From an uncultured Gemmatimonadales bacterium (lineage in GTDB: Bacteria; Gemmatimonadota; Gemmatimonadetes; Gemmatimonadales; GWC2-71-9), in the NCBI GenBank assembly GCA_963695555.1, contig CAVOGR010000001.1, positions 704,001 through 768,000 on the forward strand: 64,000 nucleotides of DNA. The letters run 5' to 3'. Shown here in pieces: positions 49,204 through 60,737 of this stretch. A program made the translations under genes and the position numbers. Each line of letters opens with the position of its first letter. The stretch's first letter is position 1. The notes under the pieces are model-generated. The model ran no database searches. It had not been told where the DNA came from and was given only the letters and a program-made list of their open reading frames with translations.

Positions 49204-49671
49204 TCACGTCGGAACACGGCCTTTTCGCTGGAGCCACCATCGCATGCAGCGGTGACCCAGGTCGACCGGTTCACAGAACATGAGCGGGCAGCCGCCGACG
49301 ATGCACTCGATGCCGAGTTCTCTACACGCGGTCACCGCCTCATCCGACACGCTGCCCTGGCCGAAGGAGCGGTGAAACCACACCCGGCCAACTTCGCGTT
49401 TGGCGCACTGCTGGACCAGTTCGACCGCGACACTCGGATGGGTCGCGATGACCAGACCATCGACTGACCCCCGCACGGACATGAGATCAGGGTGGCACCG
49501 ATCGCCCTCGACCTCGGATGCCTTTGGATTAATGGGAAACATGTCGTAGCCGGCCTGCTTCAGTCTTCGGTAGACGGTGTTGGCCGCCTGGCCTCGATTC
49601 CGGGAAACGCCGGCAACCGCAATGCGGCTTCCGGCCAGAAACTGAGCGACTGACTCCGGGACCGGCGTCAT
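49204..49671 (-). CDS. CoA-binding protein
   Basis: IAVAGVSR, FPINP, VWFH, GGCPLM. Confidence 0.88.
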   Translation of the reverse strand: MTPVPESVAQFLAGSRIAVAGVSRNRGQAANTVYRRLKQAGYDMFPINPKASEVEGDRCHPDLMSVRGSVDGLVIATHPSVAVELVQQCAKREVGRVWFHRSFGQGSVSDEAVTACRELGIECIVGGCPLMFCEPVDLGHRCMRWWLQRKGRVPT

Positions 49672-49695
49672 GGTCGGTTCCTCCGCGCCTTCCGG

Positions 49696-49953
49696 CTAAT
49701 GGGTCTCCTCCGCCCATACCTCGGCCGCTCCGTCGACGTCGTACGCCACCCGCAGCCGCCACGGCCGGCAGCAGACCGGGCAATCCTCCACGTACTGCTG
49801 CGTGGTACCGCCTCCTGGATCGATTCCTACTGAGACGGTCTCGCCGCAGTAGGGGCACTCGACCTCGGCCTCGGTCTCGAGGTCCGCGTCCTCGATCGCT
49901 TCGACCTCGTCTTCCCATTGGCCGGCCATCTCATCCATGGGCTCGGAAGGCAT
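49696..49953 (-). CDS. CPXCG-motif cysteine-rich protein
   Basis: CPYCGE...YVEDCPVCCRP. Confidence 0.88.
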   Translation of the reverse strand: MPSEPMDEMAGQWEDEVEAIEDADLETEAEVECPYCGETVSVGIDPGGGTTQQYVEDCPVCCRPWRLRVAYDVDGAAEVWAEETH

Positions 49954-50108
49954 CGCCGCCCCTCAGGTTGTGTGCGACCCTCGTGCTGGATCGAAGAACC
50001 CAATTATGAGGGTATCCGCTGAGATGCGCCATGTTTGCCTCGTCGATCGTGAGGCGACAGATTCCTTCTCGGATCCGTTTGTCGCCGCTCCCCACGCACG
50101 GAGCCTCA

Positions 50109-52243
50109 ATGCGAATCGTCTCTCTGGTGGTTCTCGGTCTATTCATACTTGGTGCCCCGGCGGTCACGGCCCAAGACGCCCGTCCGTATGGTGAACGAGT
50201 GGAAATCCGGCGCACGGCGTTCGGCGTTCCTCATATCCTGGCGGAGGACCTCGCGGCACTCGGCTACGGGATGGCCTGGGTCCAGCTCGAGGACTACGGC
50301 GCGCGGGTGGCGGTCAATCTGCTTCGCGGGCGCGGTGAGCTGGCCCGCTATTTCGGCCGTGACTCGCTCGACTCCGATTTCGCGTTTCGCAGAATCCCAT
50401 GCGAGAGCGGTCGAGACCTTTCAGTTGCTGGAGCCGGCCACGCGCGAGCTGTGTCAGGGATTCGCGGCCGGCGCAAGCCGCTATGTCGAAACCCACCCCG
50501 ACGAATTTCCGGTGTGGATGCCCCATGACTTCACGCCGCACGATGTCGCAGCACTCTGGGTGGATGAGACTATCGCACCGGCCACTGCTCGGTTCCTGCG
50601 TGCTCAGCGTGCCCGGCTCCGCGCGGCGGACTCGCTTCGCGCGCTCGGGGCAGGATCCAACGCCTGGGCCTTCGCGCCGAGCCGGACGATTTCGGGCCGT
50701 TCGATCCTGCTCCGGAACCCGCACCTGAACTGGGACGCCGGCTACTACGAAGCACATATCACCGTCCCCGGCGTGATCAACTTCTACGGCGACTTCCGGG
50801 TCGGGTACCCGCTCTACTTCGACGGCGGCTTCAACGAGCACCTCGGCTGGGCGACGACCAACAACAATCCCGACCTCGAGGAGATCTACGCGCTCGATGT
50901 CGATCCCGACCGGGCGGACCACTACCTGTTCGACGGCGGCTCCGTCCCGTTCGAGCGCGAGTGGTCACCGTCAGTGGAGATCGGGAACGGCCTGTCGAGG
51001 GAGACCCGGGAGTTCTGGCGCTCACCGCTGGGTCCGGTCATGTCGAGCGGGCGACGGCAAGGTCTACGTCGTGCGGTCACCGGCCTGGGGTGAGTATCGG
51101 AAGACCGAGCAGTTCCTTCGCATGATGCAGGCTCGGAACCTCGAGGAGTGGAAGGCGGCGGTCCGGATGCGCGCCCACACCGAGTCGAACCTGACCTACG
51201 CCGACCGCGACGGGAACATCTTCTACGTCTGGAATGCGACGCTACCGCGCCGGCCGCTTCCATCGGGAGACGACACGGCCGCTGTTCCGGTCCGCACCAC
51301 GAGCCAAGTCTGGACTCGGATCGTTCCGTTCGACTCGTTGCCGCAGGTGCTCAATCCGCGGAGCGGCTACATCCAGAACGCCAACGACCCCTTTCACTTC
51401 ACCAACCTCGAGGCGCCGCTCGACTCGTCCAGGTTTCCTCCGCCCGATTTCCCCGGCCCCGACCTCAGCCTCCGCAGCCAGTTGAGCCTGAAGCTCGTCG
51501 CCCAACAGCGGAAGGTGAGCCTCGAAGACGTGGTGCGGCTCAAGCATTCTTATCGCATGCTCGCCGCCGAGCGTTTCAAGGAAGACCTACTAGCCGCGGT
51601 GCGGGCGTCGAATCCGTCCGCCGAAGTTGCTGAAGCCGCTGCATTGCTCGAGCGCTGGGATAACACGGTGTCGCCAGAGTCACGCGGCTCGACCCTGTTT
51701 GAGACATGGGTTTACCGATACATGACTCCGGATTCCGGCGATACCCGCCCGCGACGGGAACGCGAGCGTGAGCTGATCACCGCGCCGTGGAGCGCCGCCA
51801 AGCCACTCCAAACTCCGGCCGGGCTTGCCCAGCCGGAGCGAGCGGCCCGGAGTTTTGCGCGGGCGGTGGAGGAGACCACCCGGCGATACGGGAGCTACGA
51901 CGTTGCCTGGGGCGACGTGCACCGCGTCCGGCTCGGCGACCTGGACCTGCCGGTGGGCGGGTGCTCCGGGAGCCTCGGATGCTTCCGGGTGCTCTGGTTC
52001 GAGGACGCCCCGGACGGCAAGCAGCAGGTTCGGGGCGGCGACGGCTGGGTGCTGGCGGTCGAGTTCGGACGCGACGGCCCGCGCGCCTACTCGATCCTGG
52101 CGTACGGCGAGAGCTCAAACCCCGACTCGCCGCATCACACCGATCAGGCGGAGATGTACACGCGGGGACAGCTCAAGCGGGTGGCGTTTACCGAAGCGGA
52201 GATCGCGGCCCAGTTGGTTCGGTCCTACCGTCCCGGGCAGTGA
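50109..52243 (+). CDS. Penicillin/AHL acylase family Ntn-hydrolase; frameshifts near 50390 and 50960-51050
   Basis: RTAFGVPHI, GSNAWA (Ser nucleophile), NPHL, NLTYADRDGNI, IQNAN, YGESS...HHTDQ. Confidence 0.9.
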
Positions 52244-52307
52244 GCCCGCGGAAGAACTCGTCGGTCGAACGAACGGTGAGTCTGTCAGGAGTATGCTCGC
52301 GACGCAT

Positions 52308-52682
52308 TCAGGAGTCGCTCTCGAACACCGCCCCCCGGGGCGCAAAGCCGATCCCGCTCACCGTGTCGGACCCGTCCACGAAGTAGAGTTCGGTAGTGCC
52401 TTCCGCGGCTCCTGATTCGGCGCCGTCGGCTACCTCGACCGGGGTGGAGTAGAACCAAATCTCGACCTCGCTCCCCATTGGTACTTCCGACCAAAACGAC
52501 TCGATGGCTCCCCAGATGGACTCGTCGGTCTTTCGCAGGGTGTCCTTTCGCTCCGGCTCACCGAACCGCCCGATGACCTCCGCCCGGGTCATGCCGACCG
52601 CAAACTCGGCGTGATGCGGTGGGGAATAGCAGGCCACGGCCCCGACCATCAACAGAGCCCGCCCGAGACTCCACCGACTCAT
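52308..52682 (-). CDS. Small SmpA/BamE-like lipoprotein
   Basis: AVAC lipobox; VGMTRAEVIGRFGEP. Confidence 0.65.
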   Translation of the reverse strand: MSRWSLGRALLMVGAVACYSPPHHAEFAVGMTRAEVIGRFGEPERKDTLRKTDESIWGAIESFWSEVPMGSEVEIWFYSTPVEVADGAESGAAEGTTELYFVDGSDTVSGIGFAPRGAVFESDS

Positions 52683-52702
52683 GGCCATTCCTCGCTTCGC
52701 GC

Positions 52703-54856
52703 CTACTGGTCCCTCCACCGAACCTCCATCCCGACATACGCGTTTCGCCCCGGTGACGGCTCGAGCACCCGACCTCCGAAGCCATTGATCGTCACCGAGC
52801 CAACATAGGCGCGGTCGAACAGGTTGTTGACCCCGATGAACGGGGCGAGGACGATATCGCCGAGGCTGCGAGACAGGCTCGCCCGCAGGTTGGTGACGCC
52901 CACACCCCAGTCATCGACTTCGATGCTGTTGTCGTCATCGGCGAACAGCGACGAACTCAACGTATGATCAACATCGATCGCGAGACCTTGGACGGGAGAG
53001 GCCCGGATGCCGAGCCGTAGGGAGTGCCGCGGAATGCCTGGCAGGCGGTTGCCGTCGAGCGTGTCGATAGTCGCCTGATCCACTAGGCGATACTCCAGAA
53101 ACTGATATGACGCGAAGGTGTAGGAGCCGAACAGCCTGAGGCCCGGCAGGGCCACGGCGCTGATCCCGATCTCGATGCCTCGATGCCGTGTCTTGCCGGC
53201 ATTCTGGAAGAATGTGCGTCCCAGTACTTCTCGGAACGGAACGATGGCGTCCCGGATGGTGCTCTGAAACACCGCCGCCTCGTAGGTGCAGCACGACGCG
53301 ATCCGGCCACGTGCGCCGAGCTCCACGGTCACCGCGCGTTCCGGATCGAGGTCGGGGTTGAGCCCGCCGCTTCCATCGGGACGATTGATCAGCTCGGTGG
53401 TCGTGGGTGTCTGGAACGAGCTGGAGAGATTGGCGTAGGGTGTGAAATTCGTCTGCAGCGGGAGACTGGCCCCGGCGTGCCAGCTCCAGGCCGACATCCG
53501 GCGCCGGTCGCTCTGGTCCTCGCCGTCGGTCAGGTGCCGGTCGTCGACATGGAAGGTCACGTCGTCGTATCGGAGTCCAGCCGAGAGATGGAGCCCGGGT
53601 ACCGGGTCCCAGCCGACTTGGACGAAGGGTCCGATCTCGGTTACCGTCTCGATCTCGTTCACGGTCACACTGTCGGTCGGCGCACCCATGCCGTCGCCCA
53701 GGAAATTCACTCGATCGTCGCGCATGCGCTGGACATCGAGCCCGGCGGACACGGTGGCGCGGCCCATCCGGCGGCTGCCGTCCAGGCGGACGCCGCCAGC
53801 CCAGCGGCCCAGGTCGATCACCACGTTGGTGGCTAGGGGATTGAACAGCGCGCGGTGGATGCCGTACAGGGTGGCGGCATACTGGCCGGCGTCGTCGAAA
53901 TGTCTCACCGTTAGGGCAAGTTGCTGTTGGCTCACGTCTTTTCGCGCATCACGCACGATGCTGTTCACGCCCGCGGAGTCGGGATTGGCAGCATATTCGG
54001 CGGCCGTCAGTGCGCCCGGGTTCTGGGCATCGGGGCTGTCGCTTAGCGCAAGGGTGAGTCCGAAGGCGGTGCGGACTGAGGCGATCCACTCGAACGTGGC
54101 ATTGGCCTTCCGGATGTCCGCTCGGCTGTGTTGGCGAGTACCGTCGGTGGTGAGCCGGGACAGTGACAGGGTGCCGCTCGCAGGCCCCGACCGGAACGTC
54201 GTCCTGGACTGCCACTTCCAGGTGTCGAATGCCCCGCCAACGAGTCGAAAGGCTTGGGAGACCGGAACGAGTGGGGCAGGGCGTGAGGAGAATGCGATCA
54301 CACCGCCCGCGGCATTGCCGTAGCGTGAGGAGGCCGAACCGCGGATCACTTCCACCCGGTCGATGGCGCCGAGCTCGAGGTTCGACAGCTGGCTCTGGCC
54401 GTCGGGCAGGGTCTGGGGTACGCCGTCCAGCACGATCTTGATGCCGCGAACGCCGAAACTGGCCCGGCTCCCGAAGCCGCGGATCGAAATGCGCTCGTCG
54501 AGCGCGAAGTTGTAGCGATTGGCCACGGAAACGCCGGGTATCTCGGGTAAGGCCTCGTCCAGTGTGACGGTGAATCGGCCACTGGACAAGGCATCGCGAT
54601 CCAGCCGTGCAACCGCCAGCGGAACCCGAGCGATGCGCTCGGGCGCCCGGGTGACGGTGAGGGCGGGAAGCGTGACAGCGGAATCGGCTCGCACGGAATC
54701 GGGCGCCTGTGGCTCTTGGGCCGTGAGCGGCAGGGCGGCAAGGAAAGCGGCGATCGCAAGCCAGACCAGAGCCGCTCGGCTGACGCTCTGTCCTTGAATA
54801 CCGATCCACCCAGCCATACCTTCCCCTGCCGTATGTTGACGGCCTTTCGAGTTCAC
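52703..54856 (-). CDS. TonB-dependent receptor (start uncertain, possibly 54817 or later)
   Basis: Plug ISIRGFG...LDGVP...RVEVIRG...YGNAAGGVI; terminal NNLFD...PGRNAYVG. Confidence 0.93.
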   Translation of the reverse strand: MNSKGRQHTAGEGMAGWIGIQGQSVSRAALVWLAIAAFLAALPLTAQEPQAPDSVRADSAVTLPALTVTRAPERIARVPLAVARLDRDALSSGRFTVTLDEALPEIPGVSVANRYNFALDERISIRGFGSRASFGVRGIKIVLDGVPQTLPDGQSQLSNLELGAIDRVEVIRGSASSRYGNAAGGVIAFSSRPAPLVPVSQAFRLVGGAFDTWKWQSRTTFRSGPASGTLSLSRLTTDGTRQHSRADIRKANATFEWIASVRTAFGLTLALSDSPDAQNPGALTAAEYAANPDSAGVNSIVRDARKDVSQQQLALTVRHFDDAGQYAATLYGIHRALFNPLATNVVIDLGRWAGGVRLDGSRRMGRATVSAGLDVQRMRDDRVNFLGDGMGAPTDSVTVNEIETVTEIGPFVQVGWDPVPGLHLSAGLRYDDVTFHVDDRHLTDGEDQSDRRRMSAWSWHAGASLPLQTNFTPYANLSSSFQTPTTTELINRPDGSGGLNPDLDPERAVTVELGARGRIASCCTYEAAVFQSTIRDAIVPFREVLGRTFFQNAGKTRHRGIEIGISAVALPGLRLFGSYTFASYQFLEYRLVDQATIDTLDGNRLPGIPRHSLRLGIRASPVQGLAIDVDHTLSSSLFADDDNSIEVDDWGVGVTNLRASLSRSLGDIVLAPFIGVNNLFDRAYVGSVTINGFGGRVLEPSPGRNAYVGMEVRWRDQ

Positions 54857-54902
54857 GCGCGATTTCCCCGCTCAGGATGCGATTCTCTCATGCTGACCAA
54901 GT

Positions 54903-55298
54903 ATGCAGCACACGACCACAGCTGACGAGCCCACCGTTGGGGAGGGCTGGATGCGCTTGGCCGCGTTGGTGGCCGAACAGGTGCCGGTCGCCGAAATGGA
55001 CGGGCTCTGGGTGTTCCGGCCGATGATGCACGAGGGTCGGCAATGGGGTACGGCGGTCTTCACCCGGGTTGACGGCGACCGTCGTAGAATCTACACCGCA
55101 CGCTACATGCACCAACTCAAGGGTAAGGAGCGCGGTACCTATTCGGCAGAGGTCACGGAGGTCGGGTCCGGAGTGGTCGAGACCCTGGACGACATTCTTG
55201 CCTTGGCCGAGCACCGTCTCGAGGAAGAGTCACCGGTGCGCATCCCGATCGAGCGCTGGTTCCCGCTCCAGGAAAATGCCCCACCCGATACCGACTGA
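54903..55298 (+). CDS. Hypothetical protein
   Basis: Protein-like ORF upstream of ccdA. Confidence 0.7.
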   Translation: MQHTTTADEPTVGEGWMRLAALVAEQVPVAEMDGLWVFRPMMHEGRQWGTAVFTRVDGDRRRIYTARYMHQLKGKERGTYSAEVTEVGSGVVETLDDILALAEHRLEEESPVRIPIERWFPLQENAPPDTD

Positions 55299-55380
55299 GC
55301 GCGCGACGCCGTTCGAGGGCGATTTGGTCTCCCGCGACGGGTCGCCTGTACGGCTCACCTTTGGTGAAAGCAGCGTTCGC

Positions 55381-56109
55381 GTGAACGAGCCCGGCAACCT
55401 CAGTATCCTCGTGGCGTTTGTCGCCGGGCTGTTGAGCTTCCTGTCGCCCTGCGTGCTGCCCCTAGTCCCGTCGTACCTCGGCTTTATCACGGGCCTCAGC
55501 CTGAACGAGATGACCTCCCGGCGGCGAGTCGCCCTGATCCACTCGCTGCTCTTCGTCAGCGGATTCTCGCTCGTCTTCATCTTGCTTGGCATGGGCGCCA
55601 CGGCCCTGGGCCGCGCGCTCAATTACCACCAGGTCTGGCTGCAGCGGGTGGGTGGTGTGCTCATCATCCTGTTCGGGATCTATCTCCTGGGCATCTTCCG
55701 CCTGGGCTTTCTCGAGCGCGAAAGTCGCCTCCACATCGAGCAGAAACCGCTGGGGTACTTCGGAACGCTGCTGGTGGGCATGGCGTTCGCCGCGGGGTGG
55801 ACACCCTGCATCGGTCCGATCCTTGGCGGAATCCTCACCCTGGCCGGGACCCAGGCCGACCTGAGCCGTGGTACTCTGCTCCTGGCCGTCTACTCGGCGG
55901 GGCTGGCACTGCCGTTCTTGGTCGCCGCCTGGGCGGTCGAGGCGTTTCTCGATTGGTTCCAACGATTCCGGAAGTACCTGCCGTGGGTGCAGCGCGCCAG
56001 CGGAGTCCTGCTGATCATCGTGGGCGTGCTGCTCGTGTCGGGCGAGTTCACCCGCCTGGCAGGCTGGCTCCAAGGTTTGACGCCGGAGTTCTTGCGGGAG
56101 CAGCTGTAG
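55381..56109 (+). CDS. ccdA: Cytochrome c biogenesis protein CcdA
   Basis: SFLSPCVLPLVP and GWTPCIGPIL; six TM. Confidence 0.92.
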   Translation: MNEPGNLSILVAFVAGLLSFLSPCVLPLVPSYLGFITGLSLNEMTSRRRVALIHSLLFVSGFSLVFILLGMGATALGRALNYHQVWLQRVGGVLIILFGIYLLGIFRLGFLERESRLHIEQKPLGYFGTLLVGMAFAAGWTPCIGPILGGILTLAGTQADLSRGTLLLAVYSAGLALPFLVAAWAVEAFLDWFQRFRKYLPWVQRASGVLLIIVGVLLVSGEFTRLAGWLQGLTPEFLREQL

Positions 56110-56178
56110 GCAGGAGGTAGGACGGTAGGACCGTGGGAGGGTAGTGACGTTTTTCCCTACTTCCTACCCTCCTGCTTC

Positions 56179-57933
56179 CTACTTCCCTGCTTCTTCCAGC
56201 TCCTCCTCCAGCTGCTGCTTGCGGAGCAGGCTCCAGTAGCGTCCGCGGCGGGCAATCAGGTCTTCGTGCCTTCCTTGCTCGACGATCGAGCCGCTTTCCA
56301 GCACCACGATCCAGTCCGCTTCGCGCACTGCGGCGAGCCGGTGTGACACCACGATGCTGGTCCGTTCCGCTAAGGCGCCGCGCAGGGCTGTCAGGATCTT
56401 CGCCTCGGTGTGGGCATCGACGGCGCTCAGCGCATCGTCGAGGACGAAGACCGGCGGGTCGATCGCGAGGGCACGGGCGATGGCGGTGCGCTGTTTCTGC
56501 CCGCCGGACAGGTTGACGCCCCGCTCGCCGAGCATCGTGTCGAGCCCGTCGCGCAGACCCGCGATCGTTTCACCGAGTTGGGCTGTCTCGGTCACGTCGG
56601 TTAGGCGGCTCGCATCGTCGGTGCCCATGAGGATGTTCTCGCGAAGCGTTTGGCTGAAGAGAAACGTTTCCTGGGGCACGAACCCGATAGCGCCATGCAG
56701 GTCCTCGAGCGCGAGATCGCGGACTTCGACGCCGTCCAGCAGGATCCTTCCCTTGTCGGGATCGTAGGTGCGCACCAGCAGGTCGACCAGCGTCGATTTG
56801 CCCGCGCCGGTTTGGCCGACGATGGCGAGCGAGCGGCCAGCCGGCACGTGGAACGAGATGTCCCGCAGCACCCAGCCGCGTTCGTGCGCGTTGGGATAGC
56901 GAAACCACACCCCGTCGAAGGTGATGGCGCGCCCGCCGCGCGCAGGGGCAAGCGGCACCGGGTGGGGCGGGGAAACGATCGCCGGTTGCTGCTGAAAGAG
57001 GACGTTGATGCGGCCCATGGACGCGGCACCGCGCTGCACCAGGTTCACCACCCAGCCGAGCGCAATGAGCGGCCAGATGAGCATGGCGAGGTAGACGTCG
57101 AAGGCGATGAAGGACGCCACCGTCACGCTGCCGCCGATGACCAGCCGCCCGCCAACTGCCAGCACCACCACGGCGCTCACTCCTCCGAGGAAGGTGAATA
57201 GCGGCCGGAAAGCCCCCTGGACCGATGCCAGGGCCATGTTGCGCCCCACGTACTCCTCATTCAGCCGCCCCAAGTGCGCGATCTCGGCCGCCTCCTGCCG
57301 ATAGGCCCGAACGACCCGCACCCCGGTCAAGTTTTCCCGGATATGGTCGGTAAGGGTGGCGAACTGGGACTGGACCTTCATGCTGCGGTCGTGAATCAGC
57401 CGGCCGAGCACGATCATTGCAACGGGCAGGACGGCAAGGGGGAGGATAGTCAGCAGGGTGAGCTTGGGGCTGATCGCGATCATCCGCGGCCCGATGAGTG
57501 CGCCCCGGGTAATGGTATCGATTAGGTACATCATGGCCGGGCCGATCACCATGCGGACTGCGAGGAGATCGTTGGTTGTGCGGGCCATCACATCGCCCGT
57601 GGCGAACCGGTCGCTAAACTCACTGGATAGGCGCTGGAGATGTTCGAAGAGGGCATTACGAATGCGGTATTCGACTTTCCGGCTGCCGCTATTGAGCAGC
57701 TCCCGCATGCCGTACCGGGCAACGCCTCCCAGCAGTGCGACAGCGATCAGGAGCAGGCCCGCCCGGCGGACCTCGGCGAACGGATTGCCCTGTTCCAGCG
57801 CATCGATTCCCAATTCTAGGTATTTTGGACCTAGTGTGAGGAAGTAGTTGGAGACCAGGACGAGCGCGAGTCCCCCGGCGAAGGTCCACCGGTAGGGACG
57901 GAGGTAGGGAAGGACAGTTCGTAATTCGCGCAT
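56179..57933 (-). CDS. ABC exporter, fused TMD-NBD (MdlA-like)
   Basis: GQTGAGKS, LSGGQKQR, LDDALSAVD, SHR. Confidence 0.95.
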   Translation of the reverse strand: MRELRTVLPYLRPYRWTFAGGLALVLVSNYFLTLGPKYLELGIDALEQGNPFAEVRRAGLLLIAVALLGGVARYGMRELLNSGSRKVEYRIRNALFEHLQRLSSEFSDRFATGDVMARTTNDLLAVRMVIGPAMMYLIDTITRGALIGPRMIAISPKLTLLTILPLAVLPVAMIVLGRLIHDRSMKVQSQFATLTDHIRENLTGVRVVRAYRQEAAEIAHLGRLNEEYVGRNMALASVQGAFRPLFTFLGGVSAVVVLAVGGRLVIGGSVTVASFIAFDVYLAMLIWPLIALGWVVNLVQRGAASMGRINVLFQQQPAIVSPPHPVPLAPARGGRAITFDGVWFRYPNAHERGWVLRDISFHVPAGRSLAIVGQTGAGKSTLVDLLVRTYDPDKGRILLDGVEVRDLALEDLHGAIGFVPQETFLFSQTLRENILMGTDDASRLTDVTETAQLGETIAGLRDGLDTMLGERGVNLSGGQKQRTAIARALAIDPPVFVLDDALSAVDAHTEAKILTALRGALAERTSIVVSHRLAAVREADWIVVLESGSIVEQGRHEDLIARRGRYWSLLRKQQLEEELEEAGK

Positions 57934-57991
57934 GGCACTGGATACGTGGGCTTAGGCCCAGTGATTATACACGCACCTGATGGAGGAAGGC

Positions 57992-58771
57992 ATGATGAAA
58001 CGAATGCTGCTCATGGTGGCGCTCGTCGCCGTGGCGGCGTGCGGCCGAGCCGACAAGGACAGCGACATGGCGCTGGCCGATAGCCTGAGCCGGGATCTGG
58101 AGCTGGCTCCGGTCGATACCACCGCCCAGTTGGCCGATGTCCCGGCCGAGACTCCCGCCGCCCAGCCGGCCCCTGCGCCGAAGCGGAAGGCCGTCACCCC
58201 GACGCCCACTCCCGCGGCGCCACCGGCCCCGGCCCCGACGCGCTCAGCCGCGACCATTCCGGCCGGCGCAGTCGTCAACGCCACGGCGATCGACACCCTC
58301 ACGTCCCGGACCCATAAGCCCGGCTACGTGTTCGTGGCTCGGACATCGAACGATCTCAAGGACGAGCGAGGCCGAATCGTGGTGCCGGCAGGCGCCGAGA
58401 TCAGCTTTACGGTCAAGGCCATTGCACCGTCGGAAAACAAGGGAGATACCGCCGGCGTGTTGGTGCTCGAGCCGACGCAACTTATGGTGGACGGCCGAGC
58501 CTACGCGGTGCGTGGAAGCGTCGACTACGTGGAGAAGTATCTCAAGGGTCGGGGCGTCCAGGCGGGTGACGTCGCCAAGGTCGGCGCGGGTACGGCCATC
58601 GGGGCCGTGGCCGGACGCATCATCGGCGGCAAGAAGGGCACCGTCATCGGTGGCGCCGTGGGAGCCGCCGCGGGCACCGCCCGCGCACTCGAGACCTACG
58701 ACCGCGACGTGGTGGTGCCGCCCGGCGCGGCAATCACCGTGACCCTGACCTCGGACGTCGTGGTGAACTAG
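57992..58771 (+). CDS. Lipoprotein with Pro/Ala linker and glycine zipper
   Basis: VAAC lipobox; GAGTAIGAVAG...GGAVGAAAG. Confidence 0.8.
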   Translation: MMKRMLLMVALVAVAACGRADKDSDMALADSLSRDLELAPVDTTAQLADVPAETPAAQPAPAPKRKAVTPTPTPAAPPAPAPTRSAATIPAGAVVNATAIDTLTSRTHKPGYVFVARTSNDLKDERGRIVVPAGAEISFTVKAIAPSENKGDTAGVLVLEPTQLMVDGRAYAVRGSVDYVEKYLKGRGVQAGDVAKVGAGTAIGAVAGRIIGGKKGTVIGGAVGAAAGTARALETYDRDVVVPPGAAITVTLTSDVVVN

Positions 58772-58905
58772 GGAGTGGGGAGTAGGGAGTAGGATGTATC
58801 ATGCGACGGAGGGCTGGGGCCAGGTCGGACCCAGCCCTCCTGCTATCCTACCCCCTGCCCCCCACTCCCTACCCCCTACTCCCTACTCCCCGCTCCCTAC
58901 TCCCG
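58772..58905. repeat. Opposed GGGAGTA / TACTCCC heptamer tracts between convergent genes (possible bidirectional terminator)
   Basis: Purine-rich tract follows each stop codon; the tracts are mutually complementary. Confidence 0.7.
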
Positions 58906-60620
58906 TTAGTATCCCGCTCCCCCTCCGCCCAGCCTCGGATCACTCACCCCCTGCCAGCCTCGCGCCGTTCGGATGATGGCTTCGACGTCCCCGGAGTAGC
59001 CCCGGATGGTCACCGCGTGGCCCATGCGCTCGAGCGCGGCGATGGTGCCTGGCGTGAACCCGTTGCGCTCGATCCGGATGGAATCCGGCAGTCCCTGATG
59101 GTGGGTACGCGGTGCCGTGACCGCCTCCGACAGGGACATCCCGTGATCGATCACGTTTGAGATCACATGGTACACCATGGTGATGATGCGCGGGCCCCCG
59201 GGCGTGCCAACCACCATGAAGAGCTCGCCGTCGGGATCGAGCACGATGCTCGGCGTCATGGCGGACAGCATCCGCTTGCCCGGCATGATCGCGTTGGCTT
59301 CGCCCTGGACCAGGCCGAACATGTTGGGGCGGCCCGGAGCCGTCGCGAAGTCGTCCATCTCGTCGTTCAAGAGGAAGCCCGCTCCGGTCACGGTGACGGC
59401 GCTGCCGTAGCTGTTGTTGAGCGTCGTGGTACAGCTCACCACGTTGCCGTCGGCATCGACCACTGAGTAGTGGGTCGTACTCTCGCCCGTGCGAAGCGAC
59501 GGATCGAACTTCTCCGTTGGCGTCGCGCGACGCGGCGCAATCTCGGCACGCAGCGACGCCGCATAGGATTTTGAGAGGAGACGCTCGAGCGGCATCTCGA
59601 CGAAGTCCGGATCGCCCAAATACGTATTGCGATCGGTGAATGCCCGGCGCATCGCCTCCGTCTCCAGATGGATCAACTCGGGAGATCCGAAGGGAGGCAG
59701 CCGCTCATATCCCTCCAGGATGTTGAGAATCTGGCCCAGCGTCACCCCGCCTGAGGAGGCCGGCGGCATGGAGTAGATGGTATGGCCGCGATAGGTGATC
59801 CTGATCGGCTCCCGCCAGATCGCGCGGTAGGCGGCGAGATCCTGGTGCGTGATGAGGCCGCCCCCACGCCGCATTTCTTCGACGATTAGATCCGCCACCC
59901 GTCCCCGGTAGAAGCCGTCGTGGCCACGCACGCGGATGTCCTCCAGTGTGCGGGCCAGGTCCGGCTGCCGGAACTTCATCCCTCGAGGCGGTGCGCGGCC
60001 ATCGGGCAGGAACGCCAGGCGCGAGCTGGGAAACAAGAACAGCCGTTCTCGGTTGGAGTCGATCGAATGGCTGCGGAAGCTGTCGATCTCGAACCCGCTG
60101 GCCGCGAGCTCGATGGCTGGGTGCGATGACCTGGCTCGAACGGTAACCTCCCATAGGTGCGATGTGCTTCCATCATGCCGGCCACCGAGCCCGGTACTCC
60201 CGCCGCGAGATGGCCGGTAATGCTCAGGTCCGTGGGATCGCCGCCCTGATCGAGATACATGTCCCGCGTGGCCGCGAGCGGGGCGGTCTCACGATAGTCG
60301 AGCGCCCGCACCGTCCCGTCGGCCATCCGGATTACCATGAACCCTCCGCCGCCCAGGTTGCCGGCCGAGGGATGCACCACCGCCAGGGCAAGGCCCACGG
60401 CCACCGCCGCATCCACCGCGTTGCCGCCGGCGGCCAGAATGTCGCGGCCCACAGCACTCGCGATCGGGCTGCCCGACACCACCATGGCGCGGGGCGCGTC
60501 TGTGACCCGGGCCGTTCCCGCCAGGGGCCATGCACCATCGACCCCGGTCGAGAGAGGGGCGGCGCAGGCGGTCGCGAGGGCGAGAACCAGAGAGATGCGA
60601 GCCATCGAAGGGAGGTGCAC
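58906..60620 (-). CDS. ggt: Gamma-glutamyltransferase; frameshifts around 60000-60150
   Basis: GGNAVDAAVA, GGGGFM, LDYRETAP, STTHYSVVD (Thr nucleophile), LNDEMDDF, PGKRMLSAM, GTPGG, DPR. Confidence 0.93.
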
Positions 60621-60737
60621 GGCGCTCTCCGCCTTGGGTACGGGGTTCGGTCGTATGGGAATGCCGGAGGTTGATCCTGGCGTCCAACGCCGTCTAATTT
60701 AGCCCACCTTCACGGAGATGGCCTCTCCTCACCAACT

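Noticed and set aside
1042..60620. Frameshifts in glyQS, the PLP enzyme, priA, HAO copy 1, the hydrolase, VOC, acylase and ggt as pseudogenisation or programmed recoding
   Set aside because: They hit housekeeping genes, I saw no in-frame nonsense decay or shared slippery motif, and they look like long-read indel errors. Read polishing would settle it; HAO copy 1 could still be a true pseudogene.
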